Assembly (NCBI RefSeq): GCF_018977255.1
Contig: NW_024705503.1
Coordinates: 594 to 38,827 of the forward strand
Direction of reading: 5' to 3'
Source: Callorhinchus milii
Taxonomy: Eukaryota
DNA length: 38,234 nucleotides
The notes below the pieces were generated by a model that was not told where the DNA came from, ran no database searches, and was given only the letters and a program-made list of their open reading frames with translations. Positions within the stretch are counted from its first letter, which is position 1, and each line of letters begins with the position of its first letter. This document shows positions 22,631 through 33,580 of the stretch, piece by piece. The position numbers and the translations under genes were made by a program.

Positions 22631-23747
22631 GGCCCTCTTTCTTTGGTTCCTTAGGAATGTTTCCTTGCTGCCCAAATACACAGACACACATACACAGACA
22701 CACACACACAGACAAACGCCTCAGTTTAGCAATAATTACAAACCGCTTGTTCTGCGAATGTTTGATCGCTTTTAATAAATTAATAATAATAATAATTTGA
22801 TACTTAATCCATGACTGTTTATAGGACCGCCTCTGTTGGTGCGTTTCGCCTGAAAACCACAGTCACTACCCTTTACAATGTATTCTGTAAAGGGCTTTGT
22901 GGTTTCTCGTTGACATTATGAGGCGCTGTGTAAAATGCAAGGAACTTTATACTTACTAAGCCTTTTCAAATGTTATTGGACTTCAGCACTGAGGGGGTTA
23001 GGGGTTGTGAGTGGGGAGTTGATCACGAGTGGAATCAGGTTTGTGATTATTTTTTGACTTGAACCATGGACTGGGAGGTCAAAGCAGTTTGGGTCTGTTT
23101 GTGAGGGAGAGTAAATATACTTGATCATGTTGGAGCCCGTTTTATTCTTATAACCATATTAATCCTTGCATTTGATACTCAACATTTTCACGTCCCAAAG
23201 CGATTCACAAAATATATCGAAGAGTTGATCTATTTCACGTTTAGGTCGTCAAATGAATCAGCCAATTGTGCTGATCAGTGTCCCATAAACAGCCGTAGAT
23301 TGAGTGACCGAATTAATATTTTACTTATGTAATTATTGACATGTTTTAAAACAAATATGTAATTGTTTTATTTTTAAGGGAATATTGCCCTCGGTTAGTT
23401 GTCTTCCAAACGAGTAATATGCGTGTTCCTATTTATTGTTAAATATACAAAGGCGAGTGTGGCTTAAGGAAACTTGCGTGAGGTTTCTCCCCACACGAGA
23501 ATCGGACTCAGATCATCTTACTTGCGAAATTTTTATTCTAAGTTAAAAGACTCCATATTATTGCACGAATGAGGTATCTTCCTGATGTGAAAGCTGCTGT
23601 TTAACAGTCAGTTTTATTGTATTGTTACATGGCGACATCTCTCGGCATTTCACTAGTATATCAGTGTATATCGTGGTTTGAGTGACCAAATTATATTATT
23701 TTTTAAAGAGCTTATTACCACAGAAAAGCAATCCGTTAACGACTGGT

Positions 23748-25594
23748 CACTTCCCCTCCAACTTCCACCCACCACCCACCCCTTCCCTCCCACACTCCGA
23801 CTCCTACCCATCCTCCCCTACACACCTTCGTACCCGTTTCCCCACCCTCTGTCACTGAACTCATCCTATCCCTAAAACCAACCACCTGCTCCCTTGACCC
23901 CATCCCCACTCCACTCCTTATCTCCCAGCTCCATTTTCTTGCCCCACACATCACTGACATCATAAACCTGTCCCTCTCCTCTGGCTCTGTCCCCATTCCA
24001 TTAAAAACTGCCATCATCACGCCCACCCTGAAAAAACCCTCCCTTGATGCGTCGCAGCTATCAAGCTACCGGCCCATCTCCAACCTCCCCTTTCTCTCCA
24101 AAGTCTTGGAAAGAGTTGTCGCCTCCCAACTGCGCTCTTTCCTCTCCACCCATTCTCTTTTTGAACCCCTTCAGTCAGGTTTCCGTGCTGCTCATAGCAC
24201 AGAAACTGCCCTGGTCAAGGTCACCAATGATATCCTGACCATCTGTGACCAGGGCTCCCTCTGTCTCCTCGTCCTCCTCGACCTATCGGCAGCATTCGAT
24301 ACGGTCGACCACACTATCCTACTCCACCGCTTGTCCTCCCACCTCAACCTTCAAGGCACTGTCCTTGAATGGTTTAGGTCGTACCTTTCTCACCGTCTTC
24401 ACTTCGTCTCAACGAATGGCTTCTCCTCCACCCCCCGTACTGTCTCATGTGGTGTCCCTCAGGGCTCTGTCCTCGGTCCCCTCCTCTTCACCCTCTATAT
24501 GCTCCCCCTTGGTGACATCATCCGCAAACATGGGGTTAACTTCCACATGTATGCGGATGACACCCAACTCTACCTTTCCTCCTCTACTCTCAACTCCACG
24601 ACCACCGATGTCCTGACAGCCTGCCTGTCCGACATCGAGTCCTGGACGAGAGACAACTTTCTTCAGCTCAACGTGCAAAAAACCGAGGCCCTCCTGATTG
24701 GCTCACGTCAGCGCCTCCGCACCTCAGGCGCTGACACCATCAGCATCCAAGGCTGCACTCTCCACCTCTCAAAGCCAGTCAGGAACCTCGGCGTTTTGTT
24801 CGACCCTGAGCTGTCCTTTCTCCCTCACATCCGCACCACAACTGGCACCGCCTTCCATCACCTCCGGAATATCGCCAGATTACGGCACTACCTCACCCCT
24901 CACGCTGCTGAAACCCTGGTTCACGCCTTTGTCACCTCAAGGCTGGACTATGGGAACTCTCTCCTCGCCGGCCTTCCCGCCACCTCCCTCCACAAGCTGC
25001 AGGTCATTCAGAACTCTGCAGCTCGTGTACTGTCCCGCACCAGGCTTCGGGACCACATCACTCCCACCCTCGCTCGCCTCCACTGGCTCCCCATCCCCCA
25101 GAGGATTGATTTCAAGATCCTCATCCTCACCTACAAGGCCATTCACGGCCTTGCTCCCTCCTACCTCTCCAACCTACTATCCCCCTACCTACCTGCCCGT
25201 ACCCTCCGTTCCTCTGGCTCCGGTCTGCTCCACGTCCCCCGCCCCAACCGCCCTACTATCGGTGGTCGGGCCTTCAGCCTCTCAGCCCCGAGGCTCTGGA
25301 ACTCCATCCCCCAGTGCCTTCGCCTTGCTTCCTCCCTTTCCTCCTTCAAGGCCGGTCTCAAAACCTTTCTCTTTGACCGTGCCTTCAGCTCCCCTCTCGA
25401 CTCTCTTCCTCCTCCTCGCTCCCTCCCTTCCCTCCCCTCACCCTGACCATTTCCCCTTCCTCTCTCCCTCCCTTGCCTCCCCTCACCCTCACCATTTCCC
25501 CCCTGCTCGGGTCATGACCCAACTGTGCAGCGCCTTGGGACGTCCTCCTGACGTTAAAGGCGCTCTATAAATGGGATCTTGTTGTTGTTGTTGT
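23748..25594 (+). mobile_element. 5'-truncated L2/CR1-group non-LTR retrotransposon (reverse transcriptase, ORF2 C-terminal part)
   Basis: Stop-free frame 23740-25446: [60 protein letters not shown] (24550-24561)..[14 protein letters not shown]; 3' UTR ends in (TTG)n tail 25579-25594; no endonuclease domain or ORF1. Confidence 0.95.
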
Positions 25595-25903
25595 TTTTAC
25601 GATTGATCTGATGTCTCATAAATGCACCGACCAATTAAGCTTTGTTTGTCTTATGTCGTAGTTGTTTGCTGTAGTGGATTGTCCACATTGAAGCTTTGGG
25701 TTTCTGTGATCAGGGGAATGTTTAGCAGAGAATCAGGTGTCAATATGTACCGTTAACTCCGTGGGTTTGCAGTTGAGGCAAATGGAAAGTTTCCCTTCTG
25801 CAAATGTCGTTACTCTAACATCGCTGCTGGAGAAGGCTTAGCCTCTGGTTTGTTGCCAACATCAGTTTCTCTCTCAGTCTCTGAGCTGCTCAATGCAGCT
25901 TCA

Positions 25904-26119
25904 NNNNNNNNNNNNNNNNNNNNNNNNNNNNNNNNNNNNNNNNNNNNNNNNNNNNNNNNNNNNNNNNNNNNNNNNNNNNNNNNNNNNNNNNNNNNNNNNN
26001 NNNNNNNNNNNNNNNNNNNNNNNNNNNNNNNNNNNNNNNNNNNNNNNNNNNNNNNNNNNNNNNNNNNNNNNNNNNNNNNNNNNNNNNNNNNNNNNNNNNN
26101 NNNNNNNNNNNNNNNNNNN
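25904..26119. other. Assembly gap (N run)
   Basis: N run in the cassette-4 J intron; the left flank matches sequence next to the TC tract at 12.7 kb. Confidence 0.99.
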
Positions 26120-26739
26120 TCCCAGCCTTTCCTTAACTTTCCTACTTTTCAATTTGACAAAACAGAATTTGTCGCCATATGCTTGAATATTCATGGTTCA
26201 GAATAAAACAAAAATGTCTGGGTGCAATCATTATATACGGAGGGAGGCAAAGGAAACTGAGCTAATATTCTTGGAAGATGATCTTGCGTCGGGGGCAGGG
26301 GATGGGTGGTTTGGAGTGGCGCTGGAAGGTATCGATTTATAGAACATTTCACATTGGAACCAATCGAGTTCCAAGGAGACCAAACTGATCGGTAGAATAG
26401 GGGTTGGTATGGATTTTTAATACGCCATTAACCCAACATACATTGGTTAAATAAAACAAGTTATCATAATTTACATTCAACAGGTCCTCTGGGCTTGTCC
26501 GTTTGAACCACGTTACAGACAATGTCAATGTCTGTAAAAAATAACAAAGTAGAACCTGGTCATTTGAGAATCGAGCTTCCTAGTGGGAGTTCATTAATCT
26601 TTTCCACAACACAGGCCGTTTATTTTCAAAATTCGTGAAATGGATTGTAGAAACTTTCCAGTTGCAAATAATTGGGAGCATTTTGCATTTCATGTGCAAC
26701 AAATTTTATTGCAATTCGACAGATTTTTTCCTCACTTAC

Positions 26740-26786
26740 TTTTGGTTACGGTTACTTTGGTTCCTGATCCATCTTTGCTATAATGC
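26740..26786 (-). other. NAR-TCR J segment, cassette 4 (HYSKDGSGTKVTVTK)
   Basis: RSS AGTTTTTGC-23-GACTGTG (26825-26787); GTAAGT donor 26739-26734. Confidence 0.88.
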
Positions 26787-27168
26787 CACAGTCACACAAC
26801 TCTCCTTCTACAAGGTGCAAAAACTTTTAGAACAGAACATGGGTTAATCCTGGCAACAAAACCATAACATGCTGACAAATTGATCATTAACTCCTATCTC
26901 TCCACTACTGTCCCATCTTCATACTTTTCATTTATCCAAATTATGTTTATCTTCAATATTGTTTCCATCAAAACACAGAAAAAATGCACGACCCATAGAA
27001 GAACTCTCTGCAAATAATTCCTGAACATGTCTGCTTGAAATAATCAATTTTGAAAGATAACTTACATGCATTCAGTTGNAAAAAATTGGGCAAATTTATC
27101 AGTGATCACGCCTCGTGTTTCTCCATGAAAATAGCAGTGCGGTATTTGTGCTGATGTTTTTCAATGTG

Positions 27169-27182
27169 TCTTCCCCAGCCAG
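27169..27182 (-). other. NAR-TCR D segment, cassette 4 (CTGGCTGGGGAAGA)
   Basis: 12/12 RSS at 27210-27183 and 27168-27141. Confidence 0.82.
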
Positions 27183-27565
27183 CACAGCATTCAATGTCAA
27201 CACAAATAAAACAGATTTTCAAAACAAGAGAAATTATTTTTGCCATTTACCAATGATCAATCAAGCACATAATGCATAAGATTCTTTGTGAATATTCTCC
27301 TAGTTGGACGTTGCATGTCGTCAGTCACTTGCGAAAAAATGTTAGTTATATGAATTCAAACAACGTACTAACTTGAGGTTCAAACTGAATAATGTTTCCA
27401 AACTATTTATAACTAATGGTAGTTTCTAAAAGGAAGTGTTATTAAATATCACTGCACATCACACAGGAATGAGGAATGCGCATTAAATTAGTTGACATGT
27501 TCACATTCTCTGTGAGTTGCTGAAGGCGCTTATTGTATTGTCGGAAGCCCAGTTACAGCATTGTG

Positions 27566-27849
27566 GTTCCCGTCGTATCGAGCTTTACAGTAATAGTCAG
27601 CGCTGTCTTCAACTTGCAAATCATTAATTTCCAGCAAAGACGTCTTCGATCCAGCGTCTGTCTTTACAACAAATCGTCCTCCAAGAGGGATCCGCTTCCA
27701 ATGTTCCTCACTTTGAAAATGTCTAAAATAGTCCATGCTCTTGAAAGTCTCATAATAAACTGCTTCAAAGACACAATTGATGGTCAAAGACTCGCATTCT
27801 TCTCTCCTAAGAGACGGTGGTGTTTGCTTTACTGAGGCGCTGAAAACAT
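27566..27849 (-). CDS. NAR-TCR V exon, cassette 4, intact
   Basis: ..EECESLTINCVFEAVYYETFKSMDYFRH..DSADYYCKARYDGN; RSS CACAATG-22-ACAATAAGC (27565-27528). Confidence 0.9.
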
Positions 27850-28240
27850 CTGAAAATTATACACAGCACAGCATAAGTTTAATAGATAGATAACACTGAC
27901 CAATTCGATTAAAATTAATCCCAAGCCTCAGCTTGATTTTGCTAGATACCGAATAATATAATGCTGTCTTGATTAACAATATAGTTATAACATCAACTGA
28001 CATAAGGAATTATAATGTACACTATCATAGTGTAATTGACCTCAGTTCGCTGCCGCATTTCGCGCACAAAAACACAGTCAAAAATACACTTTACAATATA
28101 TTCCATGAAGCGATTTGAGACGCCTCATCGACTTCATGAGGCGCTCTGTCAATCTAGGAATTATTATTATCATGTTGCACATTTTATTGATGACATTCAC
28201 TGGCGCTGTGTAGTGCTGTGTAATGGAAACAAACACTTAC

Positions 28241-28283
28241 AATATAAGAAGAGGAAGGAGATGGAGACATAGAGCAGAGACAT
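28241..28283 (-). CDS. NAR-TCR cassette 4 leader exon (MSLLYVSISFLFLY)
   Basis: 43 nt, GTAAGT donor 28240-28235. Confidence 0.88.
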
Positions 28284-29035
28284 TCTCTCACCGCTGGAAG
28301 ATACCGTCAGCCCCGGACACCTCAGAGTGACTGTGAGTAACACATGGTTGTTCTGTAAGAGTTTTAGAGACTTGTTTTATTTGTGGTGAACAGCGTCACA
28401 TGATGGATGGTGTCGGCGGCTTTGAGGTATGGGCGGGGGGTGGTTTTGGGGTGGAGGGGAAGAACATACATGAGGAAAGGGACTGACTGACTGCGCCCGA
28501 GAGCAGTGGGCAGAGAGGACGATTTGGGGATGACTGTTCGAGGCTCATTTAGGTTTAAATAGACAATTGACGTGGAAGCCAACGAGATGGAGTAGAATCT
28601 GACACTGTGAGAGGGACAAAGGTGTAGAGTGAACTTTACTGGGAATTGGGAAAGACATGTAAAGAAAATACATACACTCCTTTGCCTTGGAGTGTGTTCT
28701 GTTACAGTGACCAGCAGCAGGACCGGGAAGCCGGTCAAGGCAGCAGAGTGTTAGCGAGATATGGGTGATGATGGGTGAGGAGGAGGAGGGAGAAATCGGG
28801 GTAATGAGTGTGGGGTTGGGTGGTTATATAATCCTTGTGTACAAAACGGGTGACAAAGAGATGAAGGGCCGGAGGGGGACATTATGGAGGAAGAGAAGGC
28901 AGCTCATATGATGCTCAATTTTCAGCGTATCATTTGAAGTGGTTTATCACGAATTAAATATATGGGAATGCACCTTTTTAAATACAAACATTATTATTAA
29001 TCCCTGACTTGTCTGTCTGTATGTCTGTGTATCTG

Positions 29036-29163
29036 NNNNNNNNNNNNNNNNNNNNNNNNNNNNNNNNNNNNNNNNNNNNNNNNNNNNNNNNNNNNNNNNN
29101 NNNNNNNNNNNNNNNNNNNNNNNNNNNNNNNNNNNNNNNNNNNNNNNNNNNNNNNNNNNNNNN
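29036..29163. other. Assembly gap (N run)
   Basis: N run within the microsatellite homologous to 22510-22640. Confidence 0.99.
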
Positions 29164-30469
29164 TTTGGTTCCTTAGGAATGTTTCCTTGCTGCCCAAATA
29201 CACACACACACAGACACACACACACAGACAAACGCCTCAGTTTAGCAATAATTACAAACCGCTTGTTCTGCGAATGTTTGATCGCTTTTAATAAATTAAT
29301 AATAATAATAATAATTTGATACTTAATCCATGACTGTGTATAGGACGTCGCCTCTGTTGGTGCATTTTGCCTGAAAACCACAGTCACTACCCTTCACAAT
29401 GTATTCTGTAAAGGGCTTTGTGGTTTCTCGTTGACATGATGAGGCGCTGTGTAAAATGCAAGGAATGTTATTTTTATTAAGCCTTTTTACAAATGTTATT
29501 GGACTTCAGCACTGAGGAGATTTAGGGGTTGTGAGGGGGGAGTTGATCACGAGTGGAATCAGGTTTGTGATTATTTTTTGACTTGAACCATGGACTGGGA
29601 GGTCAAAGCAGTTTGGGTCTGTTTGTGAGGGAGAGTAAATATACTTGATCAAGTTGGAACCCGTTTTATTCTTATAACCATAATAATCCTTGCATTTGAT
29701 ACTCAACATTTTCACGTCCCAAAGCGATTCACAAAATATATTGAAGAGTTGATCTATTTCACGTTTAGGTGGTAAAATGGATCAGTCAATTGTGCTCATC
29801 AGTGTCCAACAAACAGCCGCAGATTGAGTGACCGAATTAATATTTTACTTATGTAATTATTGACTTGTTTTAAAACAAATATGTTTTTGTTTTATTTTTA
29901 AGGGAATATTGCCCTCGGTAAGTTGTCTTTCAAACGAATAACATGTGTGTTCCTATTTATTGTTAAATATATAAAGGCGAGTGTGGCTTAAGGAAACTTG
30001 CCTGAGGTTTCTCCCCACACGAGAATCGGACTCAGATCATCTCACTTGCGAAACTTGTATTCTGAGCACTAAGTTAAAAGACTCCAAATTATTGCACGAA
30101 CGAGGTATTTTCCTGATGTGAAAGCTGCTGTTTAACAGTCAGTTTTATTGTATTGTTACGTGGCGACATCTCTCGGCATTTCACTAGTATATCAGTGTAT
30201 AGTCGTGGTTTGAGTGACGAAATTATCATTATTTTTTAAAGAGCTTATTACCCACAGAAAAGCAATCCGTTAAACGACTGGCAATCGTGTTCTTATTTAC
30301 TGCTAAACAAACTGAGGTGTGTGGAGTAAGGAAAGTTGCCCAATATTTTGCACGGCTGGGAATCAAACACAAGTCTATCGTTTGCGAGGCGAGTGCTCTA
30401 ACCACTGAGCTGCAAGGCTCCACCTTGGGAGGTTTTTGTACAGGAATGTCATTGACTTGCAGCACTGTG

Positions 30470-30779
30470 CTTGTTGTTAAGCCACAATAATATGTGGCAG
30501 CGTCAGTGCCAATGACACTGGATATGCTTAATGTGGTGTGTTTCTGATTCTTGTCAACCTGTGAAGTGAAACGGCCTTTGGCGAAATCTGCTGTCTTGTC
30601 ATTTCCATCAGTATCCCTGTAGAGAATGTATTGGGGAGCCAGACCCGGGTGATGTCTGTACCAGTACAGAGCAGCATAGGGCGAGCTGGTGGTATATGAG
30701 CAGCTCAGACTCACTGTGTCTCCCTCTTGTTTGCTCAGCCCCGCTGTCTGCTCTCTGAATGAGTCTCCCACCACCACAT
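30470..30779 (-). CDS. TRAV/TRDV-type V exon, family B, intact
   Basis: Paralog of 17477-17788; DAATYYCGLTT; RSS CACAGTG-23-ACAAAAACC (30469-30431). Confidence 0.92.
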
Positions 30780-31333
30780 CTGCAACGAGAGGAAAGGATC
30801 AAAATCAAACATACAGCTTTTGCAATCCTGTAGTTCAGTGGTTTGTGCACTCGCCTCGCAAGCGTTAGGATCAGGGTTCAATTCCCGGGCAGGACAGGGA
30901 GAAACCTTAGGCAAGTTCCCTTACTACACATAAAAGCCTCTGTTTACCAAGCAATAAATAGGAACCCAGTTGTTGGAAGATTGGCGGAAGCTTTTCCTCG
31001 GATAATAATGCGTAAAAAATAAACGTGGTCACTCAATCCACCACTTTTTGTGGAAGTCTCATGTACACAAATGGCAGCCGCGTTTCTCTCTCACCATTGC
31101 GGTCAGTTGACTTGTCCATGAATACTGAGACGCGCTTTGTGACGCCTTCATTATATGAAGGCGTTTTATCAAACATAAAAATTACTATTACTAGCTTTCC
31201 ATTGCTAACATCTCAACTAACAAACCCAGCTCGGTTGACCAACCAGGTCTGCCAAACGCAATGACCCATCATCCTACTGATGAAAACGCCTCTATATTAA
31301 TATTAATCTGTACTGTATGTTTCACAGCCTCAC

Positions 31334-31379
31334 CTGACATAAAGCTCAATATGAGAAGGTATTCGATGAACAGCCACAT
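31334..31379 (-). CDS. Leader exon of family-B V (MWLFIEYLLILSFMS)
   Basis: 46 nt, GTGAG donor. Confidence 0.85.
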
Positions 31380-32596
31380 TGTCGCTCTTGAGAAAGAAGA
31401 CTTTGCCGTCAGAGTTTGATGATTGAATGTGTATGTCGACGGTGAAGGGTTTCAACATCACATCCGTGACCCCACAGCAGCGTTTCCTTGACACACTTAC
31501 CCCGTGACATTGTCACGCCGCTAAATATGGGCGTTGGGCTACACTCATTTACATGCTCAATGATTTCAGAGCCACCACAAGATGATGTCAAAGCTACTGT
31601 GGATAAAAGTTTGGTGAGGAAGGATCATACTAATCCTTGCATTTGATAAAGCGCCTTTGGACATCAATTACAACAATAAACAGCAATAAGTAACATGTTT
31701 GATGTTGCTCGGACGTCCTTAGTCGCTGGACAGTGAATGTGTTTGCACTCGGGATTAGAAGGGGAGAGAAGATGGTGGGTGGAGGAGTGATGGCCACTGA
31801 AGACTCGGTTGAGAAGGATGGTCTTCAGACGGGCACTGAATGAGGCAAAGGGGACACAAACGTTTTAGAAGATGTCATAGATTCTCTTTCAAATTTAGAT
31901 GCTACCACCGAACCTCAGCGACCTCCACAAACACTACACTCAATACGCTATCAATACCAAATCTACCAGGACCCTCAATTGGATCTGTCAGGATATAGCT
32001 AATCGTTTCGAGTCGTTCCGTGGGATATTTAGCACTCACCTGAACAGTCATGGATTGAGTGGCCAACATTCTTTTCGAAGGAATTATTATCCCCCCGGAA
32101 ATGCGATAGGCCGATCGAATCACACCCGGGTTCTTTGTCAGTGCGAGATAAACAGCGGTCTGTGTTTGGAGTAAGGCAACTTGCCTAAGGTTTCACCAGG
32201 ACCGGAATTGAACCAGGTTCCTCCAGTTTGTCAGACGACTGCTGTTCCCTCTCCGCCACACGACTCAGTGTAAATTAACAAAAAACAAAAGAAACAGGAT
32301 TTGCTTTTATTTTCTTTGCAAACTGAAGTAAGCTAGCAGCAGCTGGGCCTGTAACGCCTAACTCGTTCACTAAGGGTTGTCTGCATTTGCTGTGACAGAT
32401 AATGTTGTGAACGTTTAGCTGACAAGTTGATGTCAGGTGAATGTGGTTTCCTTTGAGTCTGGAGACTGAAATGTCTGCTCTCCGCAGGGCCTCAAGGCCT
32501 GACCAAGTTTCCGCACAAACTTCAAGAGACAGATCATCCCTATGTAAAAGTGAAGGTAGTTTTTGTCCGAGACTTGCAGTGCTGTCAATCACTGTG

Positions 32597-32909
32597 GTGA
32601 GACTCAAAGCACAGTGATATACAGCGCTGTCAGACACCACCAGCACAGACATAGAGAAACTGGTGGATGAATTGGATTCCCGTAGCTGAGCAGAGAAACG
32701 ATTTTCAGTTCCTGTTCCTTGGTATTGATTGTCATCCCCAGAATAGCTCGCAACGAAAAACTCTGGCTGCTTGTCTGGGTAATGTCGGTACAAGTAGAGA
32801 TGGTAATACCTATCAGTAGTGGAATAAGTACACTGAAAATTCACAGTTTCTCCTTCTGTCCTAACCATCGGGGCAGCATTCTGACTAACAGAGGCCCCGT
32901 CAGAGTGAT
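32597..32909 (-). CDS. TRAV/TRDV-type V exon, family A, open frame with Trp->Leu
   Basis: ASVSQNAAPMVRTEGETVNFQC..HLYLYRHYP..DSAVYHCALSL; RSS CACAGTG-23-ACAAAAACT (32596-32558). Confidence 0.85.
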
Positions 32910-33534
32910 CTGTAATAAACATGGAAAAGTACGACCATTTATTATTCACTCTTTGCCTGAGTTGCTTTTTCATCGCCTGGGGCGTCCTCCCAACGAAAGG
33001 CGCTATAGAAGCGCCCATTGTGAGTAATGAGTAATAATAATTTAAAATTTTCATTTTAAATAACATTTGAGGTAGTCATTGATACGCATCAACGTGCTTC
33101 ACAGAACAAAGAGTGCACTGTTTTTTTCCGGGCCAAAAGCGGCAAACAATTATGCATAGCAGGAACCCAAGAAGAGTCGTGGAGGGTGTAACAAACTACT
33201 ACTTGAAAAAAATGTAACGTATTATTGGCCCTGAAAAAGAGAGGCGCCAAAGCTCTAAAAACATTTGAGTAGAGAAATGATTTTAATTTGGAAGGTTTGT
33301 GCTCCCAGGTTTATAAAGCGAAGGATTTCCGAATGACTGATTGATAAACAGAGGCGTTTCTGTGGAGTAAGGAGCCTTACAAATATTTGCACCCTGCCCA
33401 GGAATTGAAGCAATGTCCACTCGCTTGAGAGCCAAGTGCACCAAACACAGAGCTACAGGTTTACCACCACCATTTGTTGTTGTAATGAAGCCGACCATCA
33501 GCAGCAACACTGAATTAGCTCAACAGGGCCTCAC

Positions 33535-33580
33535 CTGACATAAACGTTCCCAGCACAAGACAGACAGCAAACAGCCTCAT
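33535..33580 (-). CDS. Leader exon of family-A V (MRLFAVCLVLGTFMS)
   Basis: 46 nt, GTGAG donor, in frame with exon at 32909. Confidence 0.85.

Noticed and set aside
24698-25570. Long overlapping ORFs in alternative frames of the LINE
   Set aside because: Shadow ORFs of C-rich, stop-poor LINE sequence
23738-25610. Possible target-site duplication acgactggtc / acgattgatc around the LINE
   Set aside because: There are two mismatches in 10 nt despite a young element, and each flank aligns to a different, distant module position
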